Part shown: positions 52,763 through 64,000 of the stretch, piece by piece | How positions within the stretch are numbered: position 1 is the stretch's first letter | Layout of the letters: every line of letters begins with the position of its first letter | Assembly (NCBI GenBank): GCA_036785375.1 | Contig: JAWMAR010000612.1 | Location: 248,001 to 312,000 of the forward strand | Length of the DNA: 64,000 bases | Direction of reading: 5' to 3' | DNA from: Leucoraja ocellata | Taxonomy: Eukaryota | Translations under genes and position numbers: made by a program | The notes under the pieces: generated by a model | Told to the model about the DNA's origin: nothing | Database searches by the model: none | Seen by the model: only the letters and a program-made list of their open reading frames with translations

Positions 52763-55084
52763 GTTCATTCCAAAACGTAAAGTCCCAAAGAGCGACAATA
52801 GGAAGCCTTTGACAGGCACTCCTGGCCTTCCACATCCTGTACAGAGTAGCAGCAATTAGAAAAAGATTACTAACAAGATTATAAACAACTTTTGACTGGA
52901 TTCCCAAAGCCAGATGGTTTAAGGATGCAGTGGAGTTATGTTTGGCTTGGTTACTGTGATGGGATTTTTCAGATTGTTAACTCAATTAATTACCCGATGA
53001 GCCCACAATGGTGTCAACCTCTCCTCCAAACAAAGTAACATTCAGCTGATTTGTTCGATACATGTATATAAATTAACATCCTTTGCTGTCTGGAAATTAA
53101 ATCCGATGCTATAAAACTGACGTAGTTGGGAGTGGCACAGAGCTGCTGCCTCACAGTGCCGGAGACCCGGGTTCGATCCTGACCTCGGGTGGAATGTGCA
53201 TGTTCTGCCTGTGACTGCTTGGGCTTCCTCCGTGTGCCGTTCCACCTCTTTGCCACAACGCAATATTCCTGTACACTTGAAAATCTAAGAAACTGCTGGA
53301 AATCTAAAATAAAAACAGAAAATGCTGGTGATACTCCACACGTCTGGCAACATCAGTGGCAGTATCTCCTGTGCTAGGGCAACCTTCCCAAGTAAAGGTG
53401 CTATGTAAATGCAAATTGTGTTTGTTGTACCTTGATCACATGAGCTTTGACAAACGCAGTTTACTGATCGTAATTACCTTAGACTCTGTAATCAAAAGAC
53501 ATTTATGGCAAATTGTTTGCTTTGTATTGAATAATCAGTTGGCCTGCCAAGCACTTCCATACCATTTGTTAATTACTGTTTCACTTTTATTGCTAAAAGC
53601 CTGTGTAGCGATATGGACAATATGAGGGTCATAAGTTACTGTGTACACAGTGACAGGCCTGTGCTCCACAGAGACTCTATTAAATCATTGTGATTAGGAG
53701 CAATGGAAAATAAGTGACAGCTTTGTTAGTCCAATTGTGTAGTGTCTATTTGCCCAAGCGCTCGGCTGTATGAACACACAGTAGTCTTTCAATGCACTGT
53801 TGAAATAGCATGATTTCTAAAACATCCGGCTCTTATTTGCAGGGAGCATATTGCCTGCACAGAAGGTGATCACATCTTTTTACCCATCTCCTGCAGGTTC
53901 AAGTAGCCTCTTGGAAACAATGAACAAACCCAAGCTCCATGAGTTTCCAGCCAGGTCTGCCCTAGTACAGCGACACTTTTTGATCTGAAGGAGGATCCTG
54001 ACCCGAAATGTCACCCGTCCATTCTTCCAGAGATGCTGCCTGACCCACTGATAGACACAAAATGCCAGAATAACTCAGGTGACAGGCAGCATCTCTGGAG
54101 AGAAGGAATGGGTGATGTTTTGGGACCTGCTGAGTTACCCCAGCACTTTGTATTTTTGTAAACCAGCATCTTCAGTTTCTTATGTTGACTTTTTTTATTT
54201 ACTTATTTGTTTATCCTTTTATTTGTTCATGGGACGCAGACTTATGGGCAAGGCTGGCATAGCTTATTGCGTGCAAACTGACAAAGGTCTATAACACCAA
54301 AGGGTCATATGCCAATTTGGACTGCAAATTTGACCCATTTTCCCTACATTGTATCAACTCCCCCAGTTTGGACCACTCACCTGCACACTCTGGGGCAATT
54401 TACCTCTTGGCCAACGTCTTTGTGATGTGGGAAGAAACCCATGAGGTCACAGGGAGAACATGCAAACTCCACACAGACAGCACCCGATGTCAGGAACGAA
54501 CCCAGGTGTCTGTTCCTATGAGAGTGGCTGTACTAGGTGCGCCATTGTGCTGCCTATTGATTCTGGGTCAATGTTGTTAATGTATGTTTGGAGTTGAACC
54601 TCCAAATGTCTCTGAATGGATCAGCTATCTCCCCATGGAATCTCCTTGAACTGTTGAGATCAGTGCCTCATAAGTAAATTTAGAAACTCCAGCTGCTGAG
54701 AAGACAATAATTGGAAAATGTCAAATCTTCGTTCTGTAATCGAAAGAACACTTCCATTCCTATAGCGTTTTTTTACAAGCACAAGATGCCTTAATAAACC
54801 TTACAGCCAAGGAAGTTCTTTGGGAGTGTGGTCATTTTTATAAAGTAGATAACATAGCAGTCAGTCTACGTGCAGTAAATCCCAAACAATGGTGTGATAA
54901 TAACCAGACTATCTGTTATCTATGAAAATGGTTGAGGGATAACTGTTGGCAGAGGACATGGAGAATACGTGAAACAGTGCTGTGGGGCATTTTGTGTCTT
55001 GCTGAAAGAACCTTGGTTTTAAAGATGGCACCTTTAGCAACACACAGCTCTGCCTTGGTGATGTAGCAGAATGTCTGTCTGACC

Positions 55085-55220
55085 TCTGGGAGTCAGGGGT
55101 TATGGGGAGAAGGCAGTAGAATGGGATTGAGGAAAGATAAATAAAGCACGATTGAATGGTGCAGTGGACCTGATGGGCCGAATGGCCTAATTCTGCTCCT
55201 GGAACTTATAAACCTATGAA
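55085..55220 (+). mobile_element. CR1 LINE 3' tail fragment
   Basis: ggggttatggggagaaggcag...tgatgggccgaatggcctaattctgctcct; further fragments at 56085-56300 and 56500-56840. Confidence 0.7.
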
Positions 55221-57455
55221 CTTTGGCTGCAACCTTCAGGAGGTTTGTCCTGTGGACATAGACTGATCAACTTCCAGCTCATCGGACTGCGACGTGACCT
55301 CCATCAATATTGATAAAAGCCAAGGGTTTTGCACAATCTCTCCCAGGCTGCAGAGTAAATAACTAACGCGCTATAAAATTAAGAAATCAGATTTCCATTG
55401 AGGCATGGATCAATCAGGGCTTGTATGATTTGAAAGTCACATCAGAACTTTGTCCCCAAAATGCTTCCTGATATTTTCTCCCATATTTATATTATCCCCC
55501 TAGGTCAATTTATCTGCTTTCTTGCAATAAGAGATGATTATAAAGTCCCACCCTGTGTTGGCTAATGCGCATCACATGACCCTGTAGATACTTCCTGGTT
55601 AGATGACAATAGGATCCCAACAATGGTCCTCCATCAGCTGGGGCAGTAGAGTTCAAAGATTATAGAGCGCAGCTATAATCTTTGGTAGAGTTGGCCATCT
55701 TTGGGGCCCTGCTTGATCCCTTTGGAAAATGACTCTGAGCCATTGAGTCTGGCAAATATATAAAGGCAACTGGTACCGACTGTTTGTTGAGGGTTGTTGT
55801 GGTTGCATTTGGAAGAGGATCCAGAGATGGGGAGCCAAGGATGAACTAGAAAAGCAGGGTGAGGGTTTTAAACAGAGAGCCAGTCAAGAAGCTGGGGGAG
55901 GTGGTGTTGGGAAGAGTGTGGGGCTGCAGTTTTTGTGTTAATGAACTGTTTCATGCCAGCTCTGCCTCGTTACTTCCCTCTCCGTGGTTGTCATTTCAAA
56001 CTCCACTGGTGAAGCGTGAGTACAACATTCTCTGCTGTGCATTCACAGGGAGCATCTCACTGAGAGATTCATGTTTTCATGTTCGTGTGGAATTCAATGC
56101 CACAGACAGCTGTGGAGACCAAGTCAATGGATATTTTTAGGGCAGAGATTGATTAGCAAGGGTATCAAGGCCAGAGATGGGGAGAAGGCATGAGAATAGG
56201 TTTCAGAGGGAATGATAGATCAGCCATGATTAAATGGTGGAGTAGACTTGATGGGCCAAATGGCCTAATTCTGATCCTATAAATTATGAACTTATGAACA
56301 AGGAACTGCAGCTGCTGGTTTACACAAAAGGATACAAAGTGCTGAGTAACTCGATGGGTTAGGCAGCTTCTCTGGAGAATGTGGATAGGGAATGTTGTGG
56401 GTTTGTGTGGAGTTTACACGTTCTCCCTGTAATGTGGATTCCTTTCAACATCCCAAAAATGAGCTGATTGATATTTCAATTGGCCTCTGTAATTAAAAAT
56501 GTCTAGCATTGTTAAGAGTAGATAGTCACAACCTTTTCCCCATTGTAGTAGTATCGATAATAGGTGGGACTGGGATTAAGTTAAGAGGAAATTGTTGCAA
56601 AGAGGATTTGAGAGAAAATTCTTTACCCAGAGAGTGGTTGATATCTGAAACTCACTGCCAGAGTAGATGGTGGAGTTAGAAACAGTCTCTCTGTTACTGA
56701 GATATTTAGACAGACACCAAAATACGCATTGCTTTGAAGGATTGTACATATGTGGGCTTTATGTAAATAGCCAAAATAGTCAGCATGGACATGGTGGGCT
56801 GAGGGGACTGTTTCTATGGTGTATAACTCTATAGCTATGACTCTACGTGTGGTGGAATTTGGGGGCAGTTCAGGGAGCTGAGGGGACAAATATAATGAGG
56901 TAAAACAGGATTAGTATAGAAATGGGTGCTGAGTGGTCAGCATGGACTTGGAAGGCCAAATAGCCGATTTCCATGCTGTATTTCTCTTTGACTCTGACTC
57001 TATCTCTCTTTGTCTTCTTCCACTCAAAACCTCCATGAAAACCTTTCCATTGGTGATGCTTTATCTTTCTAGAGAGTGGTTGAAATCTGGAACTGGCTGC
57101 CAAAGGAAGTGGTGCCAATAGAACTGGCTACAACACCGATAATAGTTACATTGACTGAGGGCTGCGATGCTGTCCTGAATTTAGTGACTCGTTGATGTGT
57201 GCGAGATGTGGTTTGGTAACCTGGAGAGCTCTGTACTCTGCCACCTCGCTGCTGGTATGTGGCCTTATTGATTCATAGCAGCACTGGACAAACTGTAATG
57301 TTGGGGATTCCACGTTCTGGATGGGACATTAAACCGAGACCTTGGCTTCTTTCTCAGCAGAATGCTGCACAATGCCAATACCACTATTTTGAAGAGGAGC
57401 AATGGCGATCTGCCGGGGAACCTCCACATTTATCCGAGGAGCAGATGGAGCCTCA

Positions 57456-57661
57456 AGGGCCTGTTCCTCTTGGGCGTCATTTACGCAACATCGTTTACTC
57501 GTCATGGGGCACGACACACGCGTGGTGACGCGCACGTGATGTGCGCATGGCGTGCATTACGCGTGCGTGGTGACGTAGGCAGTCGCGCGCGGCGCCCCAG
57601 GATTTTGGAATTCATAAAATCTTTGCGCGCCACCTGCAATACGCCCAAGTGGACAGGCCCT
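57456..57661. mobile_element. PIF/Harbinger-like MITE, CpG-rich, TCA target duplication
   Basis: TCA|AGGGCCTGTTCCTCTTGGGCG ... CGCCCAAGTGGACAGGCCCT|TCA. Confidence 0.8.
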
Positions 57662-58064
57662 TCAGTTTAAGCGGGCTGCTCTGACCGTGCACCACTTCAT
57701 TGCGATTCCACTGAAACCTCAGCCTGGAGTTTATACACACCCTGCGACTGAGGTGAGATCATTACCCACGAGGTCATGACTAACCCAGTAATCTTTTCTG
57801 CTTAAGAGCCACACACTGCTTCTTCATGAGTCTGTGACATTGCTAATGCCAATGATTCGGTTGGACACAGACCTAGTGAGGCAATTACTGGTGAAATATG
57901 CAAATGTGATACCTCCTCAGTTGCTCGCTTCCTGTATGATGTGAATAGTGACTTCCACACAAAGCTTTCTTAACATTCAAATAGTGTAGGCACCTCCAGT
58001 GCCCCAACCTTGTCAGGATGGTATGTCGGTGAAGCGCGCAAGGTGTCGGAGGTAAATTCTGTGA

Positions 58065-58330
58065 GAATGGGAATAGATGTTGGTTTGAGTCGAAACCCTT
58101 CTTCAGACCGAGAGTCAGAGGAAAAGGAAACTAGAGGCATGAAATGATTCGGAACAAATCAAAGCCGACACCGATGACCAAGGAATGGTGGAGCCCACAA
58201 TGGACCATTGTTGGCTGGGTAGGAGGTGATAACGAAAGGATATATGGATACAAACAGTGGAACCAGCAGGATGGCTGGGGTGGTGGAGAGAGAGAGAGGG
58301 ATCAGGAATGCAGAGGTTACTTGAAACCAG
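58065..58330 (-). mobile_element. Penelope-derived 3' repeat, decayed hammerhead core
   Basis: gagtcgaaacccttcttcagac (reverse of CTGAAGA-agggtttcgactc) followed by sequence similar to 52280-52470. Confidence 0.6.
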
Positions 58331-59961
58331 GGATGAACTGTGGTATGTTTGGCACTGATCAGTCGAGCATGGGAATGCATTCCTGCTCTGGCACTGTTTG
58401 ATATCCACTTGGGTAACTTTCCCTGGACTCCATCTCATCCACACCACACACGCCATTCTCCACCATGATCTTTATCTAACAGCTTTTCCCAGTGATGCCC
58501 AATTCCTAACCAGTTCTTTCAGTCTTCTTCGCTGCAATAAAGTGAACTCTCCTTGGCAGTTCCGAGAAGATAGACTACCTAGAAATGGGTCCATCAACTG
58601 CCGAGCTCCCATTTATTCTCCCCATTTACAATCAATTCCCTCTGGATTCTACCACTCAACAGCACACCAGGTCGGCCATTTGATGCTGGCCATCAGAGTA
58701 ATCATATAAACCTCATCCTCTCACTTTTTCCCTGTAACTTGTTCTCTGACCCAGATCAATGAACTCCATTCAAGTCGAGTCAAGTCAAGTTTATTTGTCA
58801 CATACACATACGAGATGTGCAGTGAAATGAAAAGTGGCAATGCTCGCGGACTTTGTGCAAAAAGACAAACAAACAAACAACCAAACAAACTACAACTCCA
58901 TTCTGACTCTCATACCACTTATAGGAGCCAGTTAACCCACTAACCTGCACGTGTCTGGGACGTGGGTGAAAAGTGGAGTACCTCGGAGAAACTCATACAA
59001 TCACACACGCATGCAGCACCCAAGGTTAAGATCAAGCCTGGGTGTCTGGAGCTGTGAGTCAACAACTAGTCCTGCTACACAATAGTGCATGCTGAATGCG
59101 ACTCGCGTCGACTGATGCATCAGATCCCGCCCTCACTGTCGGTTGCCATGTTTTGTGTCTCTCTCCCAACAGCTTCTCATTACCAGAGGCTCCCAGGAAT
59201 GTAATTGGCAAATGTCCTCCGTCACCCATTGCATCTGACTGTTCGTAATGAAACACAAAATTGGAGATCTTGTTGGAGCAGAGCTCTTGATTGCTTTCCT
59301 TGCTGGAGGCTTTCTTTCTGAATTGTGAGTGTGGCAGGGCCCGGGCTTGTATTGATCACAAGTCTCGAGTTCGGGAAGCTGGGGTGCTCTGCACCCACTC
59401 TTTCAGCTGTGTTCTGCTTCTGGCAATTGGTTTATCTCTGACGACATACAATCTGAGTTTAATGAGTGAGGCTGTTCCTAGACACACTAGTGTTTCTATA
59501 ACGTGTGAGTAAAAAGGATTGAAAGTATGTGCATCACCAGAAACTGCTGATAGAATCACACAATCGGCTCGCCTCATCCATGTCAAATGTGGTGCCTGTC
59601 TACGCTAACCCCGTTTGCCTGCATTAGTTCAGGATGCTTCAACACCTTTCTTTCCCAAACTACCTTTTAAACATTTGCCACTGCCACCACCTTCTCCAGC
59701 AGTTTGTTGCAGATGTTTCAACGGTTCACTAGTGCTTTATCATCACATGTGGAAAACACTGTGAAATTATTTTGCATTGCTCCGGATTTGGTGCCATTTT
59801 CAAAGTCCGACCACGTATTAAACCTTATGGAGCGGTGTCCAATCCAGGCAACCCCAGGCTGCCTGCAGGATTTCCAGCCATCGCCTTCATCTGAGTTGTT
59901 TATCAAACCGTTGTCCCTTTCCTCACCCGGCCATCTTTGATCCTGCAGCCAACCTTGAGAA

Positions 59962-60447
59962 AGGGGCTGTCCCACTGCAGCAACCTCATTGGTGAGTTTA
60001 GAAGAGTCGAGGAGAGTTTGAGAAAGTGTCATGTTGAAGACCTCCTTGGACTCTGTTGAAGACCAGCTTCGACTAGCTTCAGGAAAATTGGTCACTGAAT
60101 AGTGGAGAGTGAAGACGACCTCCCTTTGTCTATGTTGAAGACTATCTACGACTACCTTCGATTACCTACGACTAACGTACAGACCTACTACGACCTACTT
60201 CGACTAAACCTACAAGTAAAAAAAAAATTTTTCCATGGCGACCTTTTTTCTACTCACGGGCATTTTTCAGCATGTTGAAAAATACGCCGCGACCTAGCTG
60301 AGGCCTCGAGTATGCGGGGACTACTCTTGAGCATGAAGGAGAGTTACAAAGACCTCCTAGGACCTCGTGTTGACCATGCTGCGAGTACGAGTCGAGGGCA
60401 AACTCTTCTGAACTTGTGGATTAGGTTGCCACAGTGGGACAGCCGCT
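59962..60447. mobile_element. PIF/Harbinger-like MITE, copy 1 of a tandem pair
   Basis: TIR aggggctgtcccactg / cagtgggacagccgct. Confidence 0.78.
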
Positions 60448-60450
60448 TAA

Positions 60451-61059
60451 AGGGCCTGTCCCACTGTGCGGACCTACTTTGCTAGTTTAGAAGAGTTTAG
60501 GAGAGTGTTGTATCGCCGAAGTAGAACACCTACGACCTCCTTCGATTATGTAGAGAACCTCCTACGAATATGTAGAAGATTTCCTGCGACCATGTAGAAG
60601 ACCTCCTTCGACTATGTTGAAGACATGTTGAAGACCTCCTTCGACTATGTTGAAGACTGGCTTCGACTATCTACCATTTACTCGCTGATGCTCTCTGGAA
60701 AATTGGACACCAAATAGTGGCGAGTGAAGACGACCACCTTCGACTACCTTTGATTGGTTTTGATTACCTCCGAATAACATGCTGACCTACTACGACCTAC
60801 TCCGTCTAAACCTACGAGTAAAAAAATATTGATTTTTTTTTTTTTTTTTTTTTTTTCCATCCCGACCAATTTTTACTTGCGGACAATTTCCAGCATTCTA
60901 AAAAATACTCCTCGACCAAACTGAGGCTGCGAGTACGCAGGAACTTCTCTTGAGCATGAAGGAGAGTTACAAAGACCTCCTCGGACCATGCTGCAAGTTT
61001 GAGTTGAGCGTAAACGCTTCTAAACTCGCCAATTAGGTCCCCACAGTGGGACAGGCCCT
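60451..61059. mobile_element. PIF/Harbinger-like MITE, copy 2 of a tandem pair, TAA target duplication
   Basis: TAA|agggcctgtcccactgtg ... cacagtgggacaggccct|TAA; internal ~22-bp subrepeats (gaagacctccttcgactatgtt). Confidence 0.85.
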
Positions 61060-61689
61060 TAAGACTCTGGTTCACTTTCCTACCGCTATTGCCCATGGCG
61101 ACCGTTGTCTCCGGCTCTCGCCTCTTCAGTTCTCTGGTCTTCTGGGCGACGGTCAGGGGCTGGGCTTGATGGCTTCACCCTGACAGGCCACGCAGATCAC
61201 TGGTCTTTCTGGACGGGTTCCTGGTTCCACAGTGGGTGAGCCAGGCCTGTTGTTGGGTCTGGTCATGGCTTGCCGGGATACCACCTTCTGAGTGAAATGA
61301 TACCTCTCAGATCTCCGTTAAACTTTTCCCCTCTCACTCTAAACCAGTTCGAGACTCCCTTGCCCTGAGAAAAATTTCAAAGTTTTGAACAACTTACTTT
61401 TCCTCTCCTGGGTGTGGGTTTGAAGCTTGCTACATCTTCAAAGCAACGTTCATTGAACATGCTCACTGTACAGATCGTATTGCTGCACAGCTGAGCCGCG
61501 GGGAATGGTTGGCAGTGGGGTCTCTGCTGGGATTCTCTCTCCACGTAATTCTCCTCTCACTCCTCTTTAACTAGAATCTGAAGGGTGAGTTTCATGGGAA
61601 TGTGAGCAGAATAAAAAGAAAATCAGATTAATGCAGGATTAGTGGGCACCAGTATAACGGGCGTCCCTGACGATACTTGCAGCCTTCCT

Positions 61690-63014
61690 GATGCAATGCA
61701 CCGTGACGATGGACTGCTTGTGCTGAGCCTGTGATAGACAAGGTTGCATTCAGCATTCTCTGCCAGTTCAGGTGGTCAAGAATAGAGCAGGTGCCATACT
61801 AGACTGAGATGCAGGTTGTCTATGATATAGATACCTAGCCATCTCCACAGCCGCCCCATTGAAGGTGTTCCCTTCCTTGCTTCCTTAAGTCAACAACAAC
61901 CTCTTTCATCTTAGAAAGACACAAAAGACTGGAATAACTCAGTAGGTCAGGCAGCATCATCAGGAGAACATGAATAGGTGATTTTTCAGACCGGGACGAT
62001 TTCTCAGACTCCCAAATTGTCACTATCCATGTTCTCCAAAGATGCTGCCTGACCTACTGAGTTACTCTTATCATTTTGTGTCTTTCTTTGGTAAACTAGC
62101 ATCTGCACTTCCTTGCTCTGGTATTTTATTTCATTCTTCACATGTTTAAATTATAATGTATTATTTTTAATTGTCTATAATGTATATCGTGTTGTTACTT
62201 GCGAGCAAAGCACCAAGGCAAATTCCTTGTATGTATACATACGTGGCTAATTAAATGTATTAAATTCAATTGCTATTACCCCTTTAGTCTTGCTGATGGT
62301 AAGGGCTAGATTGTTGTCCTGGTCCAATGTCACAAGCTTTTTGATCTCTTTCCTGTCGCATTATTGTTGTTGATCTGCCCGGCCAGAGCGATATCATTGA
62401 ACATGAAGATCTAGTTGGCATTCTACTTTGTGATGCAGTCATGGGTGCTGGGAATGTGACTGGACATACAACTCTGCGATGATGCAGATCAGGGTGGAGA
62501 AATGTTCTGACCAACTGAGATTTACCACAAAGGAAGTCGATTGTTAAGGGCTTGTACACGCTAGAGGCAGGAAACATGTTCCCGATGTTGGGGGAATCCA
62601 GAATCAGGGGCCACAGTTTAAAAATAAGGAGTAAGCCATTTAGAATGGAGACGAGGAAACACAGACTCACCACAGACTCACAGAGAGTGGTGAGTCTGTG
62701 GAATTCTCTGCCTCAGAGGGCGGTGGAGGCAGGTTCTCTGGATGCTTTCAAGAGAGAGCTAGATAGGGCTCTTAAAAATAGCAGAGTCAGGGGATATGGG
62801 GAGAAGGCAGGAACGGGGGACTGATTCGGGATGATCAGCCCTGATCACATTGAATGGCGGTGCTGTCTAGAAGGGCCGAATGACCTACTCCTGCACCTAT
62901 TGTCTATTGTTGCAGATGGAGGCCCTAAAACCAAGGTTTAGTAGTTTAGGAGTGAACTTATTCGGTATTATGGTGTTGAAGGCTGAACTGTAGACTGAAT
63001 AGCATCCTGACATA
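61690..63014 (-). mobile_element. Degenerate Rex1/Babar-type LINE RT interrupted by younger insertions
   Basis: Reverse of about 62955-63014 gives YVRMLF/YSSAFNTIIPNK (frameshifted), a Rex1 RT motif; THDC-like remnant near 62435-62447. Confidence 0.6.
62545..62910 (+). mobile_element. Well-preserved CR1 LINE 3' end
   Basis: MFPMLGESRIRGHSLKIR...QRVVSLWNSLPQRAVEAGSLDAFKRELD, then 3' UTR aagggccgaatgacctactcctgcacctattgtctattgt. Confidence 0.88.
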
Positions 63015-63022
63015 GAGTAGGC

Positions 63023-63367
63023 CAATGATTCACAACGTGGGGCCATACATGGCAAATTTCAGGGGGGCCACAGAAAGATTATGGGATTTAGGGGGCCAAC
63101 CGGTTCAATGAAGGGGGCCACAGAGCTACCACCCTGTTGCCTCCTAAATTTCAGTTCTAATAAATTTAAATCTATGTAGTTGAAATATTTTTGATGTTTG
63201 TGGAATAGCATAAAAGAGAATATATGTGCAGTTAATAGACACTGATATTTTTATGGAAAGTATTATAATATTGAAGTACTTTTTTTCCGCTAATAATGTT
63301 AGGGGGGCCACAGTAAAATTAAAAGATCCCAAGGAGACCATGAGGTAAAAAAGGTTTGGAACCACTG
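63023..63367. mobile_element. hAT (Charlie-like) MITE
   Basis: Imperfect TIR caatgattcacaac / gtttggaaccactg; 8-bp flanks gagtaggc and cagtaggt (6/8); repeated ggggggccac subterminal motifs. Confidence 0.6.
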
Positions 63368-63502
63368 CAGTAGGTGATCGCATTGCCTCCACTGCACAGC
63401 AAGTTGGTACTGCGGCCCCCGAGAGTTTAATTCCTCTCTCGTCCCTGTGAGTTATTGACCATTACGGGTTAATTGTTCTACCAGGATTAGCCTTGCTCAG
63501 AG

Positions 63503-64000
63503 TAATAATAATAATAATAATAACTTTATTTGTTAAGCACCTTAAAAACAACCAAAGCTGACCAAAGTGCTGTACAGAAAAAAGAAAACAAGCAAGACAT
63601 CATAAAACAGGCAGAACAACAGAACATACAACTAACACGAGGCGCATAAATTACATACAAAAATCCAAACAATAAATTAAAAAACATAAAACACGAGTAC
63701 GAACAACGCAGCAAAACCAAGCAAATAAAGTTAATAAACAATTCAACACCTCACTGGTCTACAAAGGCCATGGAGAATAGATATGTCTTCAGGAGTGACT
63801 TAAAAACAGCTAGAGAAGGGGCCTGTTTAACGTGCAGAGGCAATTCATTCCACAATCTCGGAGCCGACACAGCAAAGGCACGGTCCCCTCTGAGCTTCCG
63901 CTTAGTCTTTGGCTCAATCAGGAGCAGCTGATCATCTGACCTGAGAGAGCGGGAGGGCGAATAAGGGTGAAGAAGCTCAGATAGGTAGGACGGGGCAAGA
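63503..64000 (-). mobile_element. L2 LINE 3' end with (TTA)n tail, runs off the window
   Basis: Reverse strand translates to PKTKRKLRGDRAFAVSAPRLWNELPLHVKQAPSLAVFKSLLKTYLFSMAF, a typical L2 ORF2 C-terminus. Confidence 0.88.

Noticed and set aside
60530-60800. Regularly recurring ~22-bp units resembling a CRISPR array
   Set aside because: Units are degenerate and adjacent, with no unique spacers, inside a eukaryotic MITE; no cas genes.

Overview
Eukaryotic (vertebrate) genomic DNA. The repeat content (HE1/V-SINE-type SINEs, CR1 LINEs, abundant Penelope-derived repeats) suggests a cartilaginous fish, probably a skate or ray; the taxon is an inference. The first half holds a 5'-partial, + strand, multi-exon KIF23 (MKLP1/CHO1, kinesin-6) gene. 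I traced 23 coding exons from 4417 to 31858, all GT-AG and phase-consistent, totalling 2932 nt (about 976 aa plus stop); the ATG-bearing first exon appears to lie upstream of the window. The gene includes a 42-nt motor-domain cassette exon and the CHO1-type tail exon. In the second half (about 32.7-64 kb) I found no protein-coding gene: it is a mosaic of CR1, L2, Rex1-like and Penelope-like retroelements, SINEs and MITEs, plus a few repeat-free, motif-dense blocks that look like enhancers. The most unusual signal is a dispersed family of Penelope-derived short repeats carrying a minimal hammerhead-ribozyme core (CTGAAGA-stem II-GAAAC-GTH), with three intact cores, several decayed ones, and recurrent fold-back derivatives. 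Also notable: a canonical mini-Helitron, a composite Tc1/mariner-type element with captured retroposon and tRNA-like cargo, and several KIF23 splicing observations. There are two N gaps. Almost all ORFs in the supplied track are spurious or transposon remnants.
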